IMG/VR virus record: IMGVR_UViG_2531839448_000003
Reading direction: 5' to 3' (one strand)
Origin: a virus
Lineage: Duplodnaviria > Heunggongvirae > Uroviricota > Caudoviricetes
Length of the DNA: 26,625 nt
The notes beneath the pieces are model-generated. The model was given only the letters and a program-made list of their open reading frames with translations. It was not told the DNA's origin and made no database searches. Positions within the stretch are counted from its first letter, which is position 1. Each line of letters starts with the position of its first letter. This document shows, one piece after another, positions 1-8,470 of the stretch. Both the position numbers and the translations under genes were made by a program.

Positions 1-1143
1 CTATGCTGTTTTGATATCTACGATAATCCAGTCTTTACCACGATCATCATTGTATCGGTCGGTCATTTTTCTGGATTTATGGCCTAACAATTTTTGCGTA
101 TCCAGACCCTGTTCCCGATATAACCGTTCTGACAGAGATCGCTGCTCATGAAATGTGGGCGCAGTTCCTTGCTCCCATTTTATGCCACATTTTTCCCGGG
201 CCTTTTTAAAAGCCGTTGTCAGAGTATTTGCAGAAACCTGGTCTCCTCTGTTTGCTTGAGAGGTAGTGTGACGGTAATGGACCAGATATTTACTAACAAC
301 AGCATCCCTGCACTGAGATATAACTTCACGAAGGGTAATATTCAGAGCATCGCATTTCAGGTTAAGCGGAATAGCAAGTTTTGAACCGGTTTTTTCCTGA
401 GTAATGTGCAACATGTCGTCCCATATATCAGAGAATTTCAAATTGCAGATATCGCCTAAACGTTGTCCAGTAACAAGAGCAAGTAGCATGCCGCATTTTA
501 AATAGGGCTGCCGTCTGCTTACGCTTTCAAATATTGCCTGCCATTCGGGCAGTGACAATCTTTGGCGGTTTACTCGATTTCGCGGTTGTTTTGTTGCCTG
601 CGCTGGGTTAAATCCTGGCGGAACATGTCCTGCGTGTTGTGCTTCTTTGAAGACGTCGATCAACACCATTCTCACGACTTGCGCCATCCTGTTATGACCT
701 TCAGCCTTTACAGCATCAATTATTTCGGCAATATCAAGTGCGGTAATATCCTTGAGGTGTTGCATTCCACAATGCTCACGGAAAAGACGAATGGGTTTGC
801 CTTTTTGCCGATAGGAGTTGGGTCTTAGTTCATTATGTTGCAGCCTGTCCTCCTGGATAGAAATATATTTATCAAGCCATTCTGTCACCGTAATGTCTGA
901 GCGCCTGCCTTTCATTCTTTCCAGACGCTCATTGACGCTTAATATTTGTCGGGTACGTTGTTCAGCAATAATGGTATTTGCTTCAGTAGCAACTTGTTTT
1001 GCTTCATTCTCATCAGTTCCTAAGCTATGAAAACGACCGGATAGTGGATGTTTGTATTGCCAATATACCTTTCCGGTTCGCTTATCTAATTTGCAATATA
1101 AATTGGGTATAGAGATTTTGTGAGATCGGGGTCTAGCAGCCAT
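1..1143 (-). CDS. int: Phage tyrosine integrase
   Basis: 380-aa ORF, ATG at 1141-1143 (rc), stop at 1-3; lambda-family integrase-like sequence; overlaps the excisionase ORF by 11 nt as in int/xis pairs; attachment site would lie left of the window. Confidence 0.9.
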   Translation of the reverse strand: MAARPRSHKISIPNLYCKLDKRTGKVYWQYKHPLSGRFHSLGTDENEAKQVATEANTIIAEQRTRQILSVNERLERMKGRRSDITVTEWLDKYISIQEDRLQHNELRPNSYRQKGKPIRLFREHCGMQHLKDITALDIAEIIDAVKAEGHNRMAQVVRMVLIDVFKEAQHAGHVPPGFNPAQATKQPRNRVNRQRLSLPEWQAIFESVSRRQPYLKCGMLLALVTGQRLGDICNLKFSDIWDDMLHITQEKTGSKLAIPLNLKCDALNITLREVISQCRDAVVSKYLVHYRHTTSQANRGDQVSANTLTTAFKKAREKCGIKWEQGTAPTFHEQRSLSERLYREQGLDTQKLLGHKSRKMTDRYNDDRGKDWIIVDIKTA

Positions 1144-1369
1144 CAGCGATTATCCGTTGGAGTTTTGGGTTTGCGTTTATTGGGAGTTGCGGTTCTGCAA
1201 GCGTTCCTACAAAACGGGAATTTCGGTCAATCATCCAGTAGCGACCAACTTTTATAGCGGGTGGGGCCATCATTTTCCCTTGCGCGTATTTTTTCAGAAC
1301 TCGCTCACTTGGTGCTAAGTCCCCAAATTCTTCTTTAGCCCAGTCCTGTAAAGTGATTAGTCGAGACAT
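1133..1369 (-). CDS. xis: Excisionase-like protein
   Basis: 78-aa ORF directly upstream of and overlapping int; GAGGAGG Shine-Dalgarno before the ATG; position and size fit a recombination directionality factor. Confidence 0.7.
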   Translation of the reverse strand: MSRLITLQDWAKEEFGDLAPSERVLKKYAQGKMMAPPAIKVGRYWMIDRNSRFVGTLAEPQLPINANPKLQRIIADGC

Positions 1370-1508
1370 TTGTCCTCCTCTTAGCTGCTGAGGGAGTTTG
1401 TGACCGATATATCTGACATGATATTAAGCTCATGGCAGGTACATCTCTTGACTGGTCATAGAGATAAATTTAATGCTGAGAAATGCAGTATTGAATTTAT
1501 CAATTTTT

Positions 1509-1748
1509 CTATTTTCTGCGTATGGCACGTAACTTCTTAATGTGTTCTGCCGTTTCGATCTCTTCTGCTATCCGATCTGCATCAGCTTTATTCACAGGTT
1601 CAAAGTCATGATTAAAGCGGAACATGCTGGCGATACATGTTCTGCCTTTTCGGATGTAGTGAACTTTGTTGTGGGTAGAACGCAGGATTTTGCAGGGAGT
1701 GCCGTGGTGGTCGACGTACCAGGTGTTAGGAAAAATGATTCTGAACAT
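1509..1748 (-). CDS. Hypothetical small phage protein
   Basis: 79-aa ORF with ATG preceded by GAGGTG; co-oriented with the early-left operon; no family recognised by eye. Confidence 0.5.
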   Translation of the reverse strand: MFRIIFPNTWYVDHHGTPCKILRSTHNKVHYIRKGRTCIASMFRFNHDFEPVNKADADRIAEEIETAEHIKKLRAIRRK

Positions 1749-1795
1749 TTTTACACCTCAGTTGGACGATGTTGAAATTTGCTGCTTTGAGGCCA

Positions 1796-2014
1796 TCACA
1801 ATCCCCATTGTTTGTTCTTAAGTTCGATCTCCTCCTGGCAACTTGCACAAGTCCGACAACCCTGAACGACCAGGCGTCTTCGCTCATCTATCGGATCGCC
1901 ACACTCACAACAATGAGTGGCAGATACAGTCTGGTAGTTCAGACGACGCATTTTTATTGCTGTATTGCGCTGTAATTCTTCGATTTCTGATGCTGAATCA
2001 ATGATGTCTGCCAT
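1796..2014 (-). CDS. DksA/TraR-family C4 zinc-finger protein
   Basis: 72 aa with CxxC-(17)-CxxC (CCECGDPIDERRRLVVQGCRTCASC), typical of TraR/DksA-like phage proteins. Confidence 0.8.
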   Translation of the reverse strand: MADIIDSASEIEELQRNTAIKMRRLNYQTVSATHCCECGDPIDERRRLVVQGCRTCASCQEEIELKNKQWGL

Positions 2015-2061
2015 CTTCCATTAATCCCTGAATTGTTGGTTAATACGCTTGAGGGTGAATG

Positions 2062-2090
2062 CGAATAATAAAAAAGGAGCCTGTAGCTCC
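2062..2090 (-). terminator. Putative intrinsic terminator inside the early-left operon
   Basis: Hairpin GGAGC-ctgta-GCTCC at 2076-2090, followed on the minus strand by TTTTTTATTATTC (rc of 2062-2075). Confidence 0.45.
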
Positions 2091-2112
2091 CTGATGATTT
2101 TGCTTTTCATGT

Positions 2113-2394
2113 TCACCGTTCCTTAAAGACGCCGTTTAACATGCCGATTGCCAGACTTAAGTGAGTCGGTGTGAATCCCATCAGCGTTACCGTTTCGCGG
2201 TGCTTCTTCAGTACGCTACGGCAAATGTCATCGACGTTTTTATCCGGAAACTGCTGTCTGGCTTTTTTGATTTCAGAATTAGCCTGACGGGCAATACTGC
2301 GAAGGGCGTTTTCTTGCTGAGGTGTCATTGAACAAGTCCCATGTCGGCAAGCATAAGCACACAGAATATGAAGCCCGCTGCCAGAAAAATGCAT
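2113..2394 (-). CDS. Hypothetical protein
   Basis: 93-aa ORF starting 10 nt after the methyltransferase stop; an internal ATG at 2328 would give 71 aa; no family recognised. Confidence 0.4.
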   Translation of the reverse strand: MHFSGSGLHILCAYACRHGTCSMTPQQENALRSIARQANSEIKKARQQFPDKNVDDICRSVLKKHRETVTLMGFTPTHLSLAIGMLNGVFKER

Positions 2395-2404
2395 TCAGTG
2401 GTTG

Positions 2405-2962
2405 TCATGCAGCCTCCCGACGGGCAAGAATCCTTGAGCCGAACGCCATCAACTCTCCACGATCAACGGTCGTAAAGTGGCAGTGTGTACGGGGGTATGG
2501 GTGCCAGATAATGAGCATCGAGCCTTTATTATTTCCACTGACGGGTTTCTCAGTGAGTGGGTTAATAAATGCCAGTCGTCCTGCCGTGATGAATCTGACC
2601 TCACTGGCGGTTTGTATCGCTTCATGAAACCATCCGACAGATGTGTCAGCAGGCAATAACATTACACATCCCACACTACTGAATTTGTTTTCAGTGGCTG
2701 CCTTTTTCACAAAAGGGGAAATATTGCTGTATGGTGGATTCAACCAGACATAACCAGAGGCATATCCCATTGCTTCAGGCCATGAAGTGGTTAATGTGTT
2801 CTGCTCCTGTGAGATAAAAAGCCGACATAGTCGGTTTTTTTCGCTGGCGGCAGCATCAAGTTGAAAAACGAACTCTGCATTAAGCGCAGCAAAAATCTCT
2901 GGTGGTGTGCGCCAGCTGTCGCGATGTTCGGCAGGAGTATTGCTTCCGGTGAAATCAGTCAT
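2405..2962 (-). CDS. Phage Dam-like DNA N6-adenine methyltransferase
   Basis: 185 aa with WRTPPEIF near the N-terminus and the NPPY catalytic motif (VWLNPPYSN), characteristic of small phage N6-adenine methyltransferases; GGGGG Shine-Dalgarno. Confidence 0.8.
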   Translation of the reverse strand: MTDFTGSNTPAEHRDSWRTPPEIFAALNAEFVFQLDAAASEKNRLCRLFISQEQNTLTTSWPEAMGYASGYVWLNPPYSNISPFVKKAATENKFSSVGCVMLLPADTSVGWFHEAIQTASEVRFITAGRLAFINPLTEKPVSGNNKGSMLIIWHPYPRTHCHFTTVDRGELMAFGSRILARREAA

Positions 2963-3112
2963 ACAGCCCCCGTTTATTATTTATCTCCTCAGCCAGCCGC
3001 TGTGCTTTCAGGGGATTTCGGATAACAGAAAGGCCGGGAAATATCCAGCCTCGCTTTGTAACGGAGTAGACGAAAGTGATCGTGCCTACCCGGATATTAT
3101 CGTGAGGATGCT

Positions 3113-3793
3113 TCATCGCCATTGCTCCCCAAATACAAAACCAATTTCAGCCAGTGCCTCGTCCATTTTTTCGATGAACTCCGGCACCATCTCGTCAAAA
3201 CTCGCCATGTACTTTTCATCCCGCTCAACCACGACATAATGCAGGCCTTCACGCTTCATACGCGGGTCATAGTTGGCAAAGTACCAGGCATCTTTTCGCG
3301 TCACCCACATGCTGTACTGCACCTGGGCCATGTAAGCCGACTTTATGGCCTCGAAACCACCGAGCCGGAACTTCATGAAATCCCGGGAGGTAAACGGGCA
3401 TTTCAGCTCAAGGCCATTGCCGTCACTGCATAAACCATCGGGAGAGCAGGCGGTGCGCATACTTTCGTCGCGATAGATGATCGGGGATTCAATAACATTT
3501 ACGCCGGAAGTGAACTCAAACAGGGTTCTGGCGTCGTTCTCGTACTGTTTTCCCCAGGCCAGCGCTTTAGCGTTAACTTCCAGAGCCACACCGGTGCAAA
3601 CCTCAGCCAGCAGGGTGTGGAAGTAGGACATTTTCATGTCAGGCCACTTCTTTCCTGATCGGGGCTTTGCTATCACGTTGTGAACTTCTGAAGCGGTGAT
3701 GACGCCGAGCCGTAATTTGTGCCATGCATCATCCCCCTGTTCGACAGCTCTCACGTCGATCCCGGTACGCTGCAGGATAATGTCCGGTGTCAT
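3113..3793 (-). CDS. exo: Lambda-type 5'-3' exonuclease (Red alpha)
   Basis: 226 aa matching lambda Exo as I recall it ([40 protein letters not shown]...); ATGA overlap with bet. Confidence 0.95.
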   Translation of the reverse strand: MTPDIILQRTGIDVRAVEQGDDAWHKLRLGVITASEVHNVIAKPRSGKKWPDMKMSYFHTLLAEVCTGVALEVNAKALAWGKQYENDARTLFEFTSGVNVIESPIIYRDESMRTACSPDGLCSDGNGLELKCPFTSRDFMKFRLGGFEAIKSAYMAQVQYSMWVTRKDAWYFANYDPRMKREGLHYVVVERDEKYMASFDEMVPEFIEKMDEALAEIGFVFGEQWR

Positions 3794-4575
3794 GCTGCCA
3801 CCTTCTGCTCAGTGGCTTTCTGTTTCAGGAATCCAAGAGCTTTCACTGCTTCGGCCTGTGTCAGTTCTGACGATGCGCGAATGTCGCGGCGAAATATCTG
3901 GGAACAGAGCGGCAATAAGTCGTCATCCCATGTTTTATCCAGGGCGATCAGCAGAGTGTTAATCTCCTGCATGGTTTCATCGTTAACCGGAGTGATGTCG
4001 CGTTCTGGCTGACGTTCTGCAGTGTATGCAGTATTTTCGACAATGCGCTCGGCTTCATCCTTGTCATAGATACCAGCAAATCCGAAGGCCAGACGGGCAC
4101 ACTGAATCATGGCTTTATGCCGTAACATCCGTTTGGGATGCGACTGCCACGGCCCCGTGATTTCTCTGCCTTCGCGGGTTTTGAATGGTTCGCGGCGGCA
4201 TTCATCCATCCATTCGGTAACGCAGATCGGATGATTACGGTCCTTGCGGTAAATCCGGCATGTACAGGATTCATTGTCCTGCTCAAAGTCCATGCCATCA
4301 AACTGCTGGTTTTCATTGATGATGCGGGACCAGCCATCAACGCCCACCACCGGAACAATGCCGTTCTGCTTATCAGGGAAGGCGTAAATTTCTTTCGTCC
4401 ACGGATTAAGGCCGTACTGGTTGGCGACGATCAACAATGCGATGAACTGCGCATCGCTGGCATCACCTTTAAATGCCGTCTGGCGAAGAGTGGTGATCAG
4501 TTCCTGTGGGTCGACAGAATCCATGCCGACACGTTCAGCCAGCTTCCCTGCCAGCGTTGCGAGTGCTGTACTCAT
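3790..4575 (-). CDS. bet: Single-strand annealing protein Bet (Red beta)
   Basis: 261 aa matching lambda Bet as I recall it ([59 protein letters not shown]...). Confidence 0.95.
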   Translation of the reverse strand: MSTALATLAGKLAERVGMDSVDPQELITTLRQTAFKGDASDAQFIALLIVANQYGLNPWTKEIYAFPDKQNGIVPVVGVDGWSRIINENQQFDGMDFEQDNESCTCRIYRKDRNHPICVTEWMDECRREPFKTREGREITGPWQSHPKRMLRHKAMIQCARLAFGFAGIYDKDEAERIVENTAYTAERQPERDITPVNDETMQEINTLLIALDKTWDDDLLPLCSQIFRRDIRASSELTQAEAVKALGFLKQKATEQKVAA

Positions 4576-4580
4576 CCGTT

Positions 4581-4877
4581 TTATACCTCTGAATCAATAT
4601 CAAACTGGTGGTGAGCAATGGTTTCAACCATGTACCGGATGTGTTCTGCCATGCGCTCCTGAAACTCAACATCGTCATCAAACGCACGGGTAATGGCTTT
4701 TTTGCTGGCCCCGCAGCGTTGCAAATGATCGATACAGAGTGATTCAAACAGGTGCTGTGGAAGACCTTTTTCCATGTCGTCTGCCAGTTCTGCCTCTTTC
4801 TCTTCACGGGCGATCTGCTGGTAGTGACGTGCCCAGCTCTGAGCCTCAAGACGATCCTGAATGTAATAAGCGTTCAT
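4581..4877 (-). CDS. gam: Gam, host RecBCD inhibitor (short GamS-length form)
   Basis: 98 aa matching the C-terminal 98 residues of lambda Gam as I recall them ([21 protein letters not shown]...); upstream sequence still resembles the GamL leader but an in-frame stop prevents the extension. Confidence 0.92.
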   Translation of the reverse strand: MNAYYIQDRLEAQSWARHYQQIAREEKEAELADDMEKGLPQHLFESLCIDHLQRCGASKKAITRAFDDDVEFQERMAEHIRYMVETIAHHQFDIDSEV

Positions 4878-4953
4878 GGCTGAACTCCTGAAAATGGCTG
4901 TGAAAATATCGCCCGCGAAATGCCAGGCTGATTAGGAAAACAGGAAAGAGGGG

Positions 4954-5160
4954 TTAGTGATTCAGGCCGTTACCGCGTCCGTCGAGAAAAACTTCTACGA
5001 GCAAATCACGGGTATAAGTGCGCTCGATGCCGCGATGCAGATAAAGCCGTCCGCGTAAATTAGCTGATGCAGTCCAGGTACCATCTTTGTGTTTGACCAG
5101 CATTCCTGGCATGACCGCACCGCGATTAACGGTCTGCGTTCCGTAATGTTGATGAACCAT
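4954..5160 (-). CDS. Hypothetical small protein, first gene downstream of the putative pL
   Basis: ATG at 5158-5160 (rc) preceded by AGGAG at 5-nt spacing gives 68 aa (MVHQHYGTQTVNRGAVMPGM...); the six-frame track extends this to 136 aa only by using a TTG start. Confidence 0.4.
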   Translation of the reverse strand: MVHQHYGTQTVNRGAVMPGMLVKHKDGTWTASANLRGRLYLHRGIERTYTRDLLVEVFLDGRGNGLNH

Positions 5161-5429
5161 AAAAACTCCTGCCCGTAAGCTGGGCTGCTGAACATATAAA
5201 GACTTCTGCGCGTATTCAGGCGGTGGATGGCCGCCGGTTGTCATAACTAAGCCGCCTCGTTGAAGCGACTGAGGTATGAAGTGTTGAGTTGATTTCAGCT
5301 GGTCACACCGACGTTCACGCGTCCGCTTCACCCCTCGCACTCCCCGGAGCCTGCTGAAATTCAAGCTGCGGATCTAAGCGGTCATCGCAACGGTGAATCA
5401 GGTGATTGCCGTATCGTTGTGTTGTTGCG

Positions 5430-5530
5430 ACATGGTGATAATAGCTATTGCTATTGATGATATCAATACTTATTGCTATTGCTAGATGTGTTTTGATATT
5501 AAATATTTGATAGCAAAAAGAATTAATTTT
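5430..5530 (-). promoter_or_regulatory. Putative oL/pL operator-promoter region
   Basis: Repeated ATTGCTATTG and a palindrome ATTGATgatATCAAT here; the same TTGCTATTGC motif and a TTGAtggTCAA palindrome recur between cI and cro (8145-8212), suggesting binding sites for one repressor. Confidence 0.45.
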
Positions 5531-5595
5531 GTGACTTGCATCGCATAGCGATAACTGAAGCGGGGTTGTGGTGGTTTTTTGAACGGTGTGTGTGA

Positions 5596-5645
5596 TGAGG
5601 GGAGGCAAAAGAAAACCCGGCACGGTGGCCGGGACGTTTTATTTC
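5596..5645 (-). terminator. GC-rich hairpin with flanking T-runs, possibly bidirectional; candidate terminator of the cI-cassette transcript
   Basis: CCCGGC-acggtg-GCCGGG at 5616-5633; minus strand follows with TTTTCTTTTGCC, plus strand with ACGTTTTATTTC; sits between the PIN-like gene and the operator-like repeats. Confidence 0.5.
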
Positions 5646-5733
5646 AAAGAAAAATTATGACTAGCGTATCTTGGAAGAAATTCATATAGTGTTAATGTCT
5701 TAACGCCGTGAGAAGCAGCAGCATCCGGGATCA

Positions 5734-6150
5734 TTATTCTTTTTTAGGTTTGCCACCGGATGGTTTCTCATGGGTAATAATAGTATATCCATGTGTCATC
5801 GCATGGGCTATTAAAAAAGCATCTGCTTTTTCATGGCTTGCAAAATCAAACTTTGCCTTTTCGGTAACATCTAATTTAGTTGACCAATTTATTAACTTTG
5901 CATAATTTTCTATTGAACTATGCTCATCTTCGAAGAATGATGATGGTAACTCTTCTTTAATCCATTTACACAATGGATCATCTTTTGCACATAGTTCTTT
6001 TTTTACAGCATTAATGCTATAAATCAGACCATTAATGTGTAAAGCGAGAAGAAAATCCCAAAATATTTTGCAATAATTGAAGTTATATGCAAAGTTTTTT
6101 GCCTCTATGAAGACATTACTATCAATTAAGAATTTTCCATTATGAATCAT
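5734..6150 (-). CDS. PIN-like (DUF4411-type) putative nuclease, candidate toxin/effector
   Basis: 138 aa; N-terminal FLIDSNVFIEA and C-terminal ADAFLIAHAMTHGYTIITHE resemble PIN-fold acidic motifs; AT-rich; start overlaps the upstream stop as ATGA at 6147-6150. Confidence 0.65.
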   Translation of the reverse strand: MIHNGKFLIDSNVFIEAKNFAYNFNYCKIFWDFLLALHINGLIYSINAVKKELCAKDDPLCKWIKEELPSSFFEDEHSSIENYAKLINWSTKLDVTEKAKFDFASHEKADAFLIAHAMTHGYTIITHEKPSGGKPKKE

Positions 6151-7286
6151 AGAGATTCTCGTTTTTTATAAAATTCAACAACTGTATCTGCTTTTACATT
6201 TAGCAGTACGCCTGCTTCCCTTAATGGTAATTGTTGAGACATTGCTTTGGAAATTATTATATTCGTAAGTTTTGGACTGTTACGAACAGGTAATGTGTTA
6301 AAGAAAGAACCACCATTGGATTCTTTTTTGGGCTTATTGTAAGCTTGATCTTTAATTATCTCCAAAGTGTTTCTTTCTATCAAATCTAATTGTAACGCTT
6401 TGATTGCACAAGCGAAATCACTAACCTTAAATAACTTAGAAACCTCTTTTACTCGATAATAATTATTATCGCTGGATGCATTAAGCCAGAAAGATTTGAA
6501 GAGATTATCAGGCATTAAGATTTCAGCAGCAACTTTATTACAAAAAGATTCTATGTTTTTTTCTGTGTCCCACCCAGAGACTCCATCGACTCCAAGCCAA
6601 AGATGAGCCACCTCATGAAATAATGTAAATACCTGCGCAGATAACGCGTCCGAGCTATTTACAAAAATGATCGGAGCAACGCTATCAGATATACAGAAAC
6701 CACGAAACTCTCGCGTGTCAAGTTTTCTTTTATTATTATTACCCACAACACCATTCTTGAAAACTAATACGCCAGTGTCTTCTATTAGTTTTGCCACTTT
6801 AGAAAAATAGCTCTCAAAAGTGACATTTTTTATCTCTTTTTGTATATCAAAATGTATTGTGTTTGCTATGTCTGTAGCAACAACCTTATAATTTAATTTT
6901 CTATTAAATTTAAATTTACCAATAAAATCGAGTGGATCATCATTACCATTTTCTCTTAAATAGTCTTTGTACCACTCAAGTTTATATTCTATATCATAGT
7001 AAACATCAAAAAAATCTTTTCCTAACTCACGGCTATTTATAGCTTGCCTTAAGTCAGGGATCTTGGGTTTGGCTGGAGTTGGTGGCGTTTCAAGAAATAA
7101 AAAACCGAAAGGGATTCCTCCAATTTTTGCCAGTTTTTCTGCTGCGGATTTACTTACCACTCCGTTAAGAAATTTATTAATCTTTTTGGGCATGACTTGG
7201 TCAGCAAGAGTTTCGATAGAAACTCCTTGAGAATTTGCTATCCAATCAATCATCTTCCTAGACAATTGAAATTCAACCGCTGCCAT
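6147..7286 (-). CDS. XRE-type HTH plus ImmA/IrrE-family (HExxH) metallopeptidase domain protein
   Basis: 379 aa; N-terminal HTH-like segment; single HExxH motif in FTLFHEVAHLWLG typical of ImmA/IrrE (COG2856 / peptidase M78); AGGTGA Shine-Dalgarno; AT-rich; immediately downstream of cI on the same strand. Confidence 0.72.
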   Translation of the reverse strand: MAAVEFQLSRKMIDWIANSQGVSIETLADQVMPKKINKFLNGVVSKSAAEKLAKIGGIPFGFLFLETPPTPAKPKIPDLRQAINSRELGKDFFDVYYDIEYKLEWYKDYLRENGNDDPLDFIGKFKFNRKLNYKVVATDIANTIHFDIQKEIKNVTFESYFSKVAKLIEDTGVLVFKNGVVGNNNKRKLDTREFRGFCISDSVAPIIFVNSSDALSAQVFTLFHEVAHLWLGVDGVSGWDTEKNIESFCNKVAAEILMPDNLFKSFWLNASSDNNYYRVKEVSKLFKVSDFACAIKALQLDLIERNTLEIIKDQAYNKPKKESNGGSFFNTLPVRNSPKLTNIIISKAMSQQLPLREAGVLLNVKADTVVEFYKKRESL

Positions 7287-7415
7287 GTTATCACCTAGTT
7301 AAAAAAACCTATTATTCAACAATTATTGTTGTGCACCTGATAGCTAACGTCAAGCCTAATTTATTGCCTTACTACAGTAAGCTGAAAAGCGAAGTGCATA
7401 ATTTTGTTCTGATTT

Positions 7416-8108
7416 CTACCCATGCTTTCTATATGTCTGCGGCATGCTCCCGATGACTTTCCCGAAGATGAACACGCGGTTCATCTCGTCTTTCTCGATC
7501 GGGTCCCACGGTGAGTAGCTCTTGTTATCAGAGATAACCAGCAGCTTATCCTTCATCATTTGCAGGCGTTTTACATGGGCGGTGTCGTCATACAGAAACG
7601 CATAGATACCATCACCGTCGAAAGATTTAACCGTGATATCAACGAACAGCAGATCACCTGGTTCGATCGTTCCTGACATGCTGTCACCACGCACGTTAAT
7701 GATGCGGATATTTTCCGCCTTCCTGCCATCGAACATGTGACGAGCATCGTCAAACGAGTATTCAACCGAGCGTAGAACTTCTACAAACTCACGGTTGATT
7801 ACACCCGGCCCGGCACTGACTTCTATATCAAGAACGTCAATTTTGAAGTATTTGGAATGGCTGACAGCAGGCTTCCCTGATTGTTGACCGTCATTTCTCA
7901 TCGGGCCTATGCCTGAAGAGAGCCATTCTGTTCGAACACCCAATGCATTAGCTATTTCAACAATTTTTGTTGAGCCGCGCGCGTTGCCGCTTGTCAGTCT
8001 CCAGATTGTGGGTTGAGCTACGCCAGACGCCTTTGCAAGAGCGCCTTGAGACATTCCAGATTGTTCCATCGCTAGATTTAAGCGATCAGCAAGAGTTTCT
8101 TTTTTCAT
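7416..8108 (-). CDS. cI: CI-type prophage repressor (HTH plus LexA-like S24 autopeptidase domain)
   Basis: N-terminal HTH (LAMEQSGMSQGALAKASGVAQPTIWRL) and C-terminal S24 motifs (GDSMSGTIEPGDLLFVD, HVKRL); track start 8144 is TTG, first ATG at 8106-8108 gives 230 aa; TATAAAT lies just upstream, suggesting a leaderless pRM-like transcript. Confidence 0.85.
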   Translation of the reverse strand: MKKETLADRLNLAMEQSGMSQGALAKASGVAQPTIWRLTSGNARGSTKIVEIANALGVRTEWLSSGIGPMRNDGQQSGKPAVSHSKYFKIDVLDIEVSAGPGVINREFVEVLRSVEYSFDDARHMFDGRKAENIRIINVRGDSMSGTIEPGDLLFVDITVKSFDGDGIYAFLYDDTAHVKRLQMMKDKLLVISDNKSYSPWDPIEKDEMNRVFIFGKVIGSMPQTYRKHG

Positions 8109-8218
8109 AAGTTTTAATTTATACGCTTGCGTATTGATGGTCAAAACACGTTTTGCTATTGCTTGGATTAATACTCATTGCTATTATTCATTCATTGCAA
8201 TACCAATAGGAATTGATA
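8109..8218. promoter_or_regulatory. Putative oR operator region with divergent pRM/pR
   Basis: Intergenic region between divergent cI and cro containing TTGCTATTGC repeats and TTGAtggTCAA / ATTGC...GCAAT palindromes. Confidence 0.55.
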
Positions 8219-8446
8219 ATGACAAATCAAACCATTCAACTCGCAATCAGTATTACAGGTAGTCAAAAACGACTGGCAGATCTATGCGGTGTAGCCCAAC
8301 CCACAGTTTGGCGTTGGCTACACGGTGGCGGAATTGATGCCCGCTATGTAATGAAAATTGTCTCAGCCACTGGTGGAAAGATTAAACCAGCAGATATTCG
8401 TCCCGACCTCGCACCATTGTTTAACGCGAGTAATTCTGCCGCCTAA
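8219..8446 (+). CDS. cro: Cro/YdaS-like HTH regulator
   Basis: ATG at 8219 with AGGAA upstream (track start 8213 is TTG); 75 aa with HTH (LADLCGVAQPTVWRWL); divergent from cI. Confidence 0.75.
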   Translation: MTNQTIQLAISITGSQKRLADLCGVAQPTVWRWLHGGGIDARYVMKIVSATGGKIKPADIRPDLAPLFNASNSAA

Positions 8447-8470
8447 ACTGCGGCGTTAACTGATAAGGCA

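Noticed and set aside
1428-1460. Plus-strand promoter-like TTGACT-N16-TTAATG between xis and the 79-aa gene
   Set aside because: No plus-strand gene lies downstream; it could be chance or an antisense promoter, with insufficient evidence to annotate.
4954-5364. 136-aa ORF with an arginine-rich N-terminus (MNFSRLRGVRGVKRTRERR...) as a possible N-like antiterminator
   Set aside because: It starts at TTG with no Shine-Dalgarno and shows no resemblance to N proteins I can recall; the internal ATG at 5160 with AGGAG is a better start. The Arg-rich region is more likely untranslated leader. Kept only as a low-confidence note.
5315-5623. 102-aa minus-strand ORF spanning the operator-like repeats and the hairpin
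   Set aside because: It overlaps regulatory repeats and a terminator hairpin, and has a low-complexity sequence with no Shine-Dalgarno; judged non-coding.
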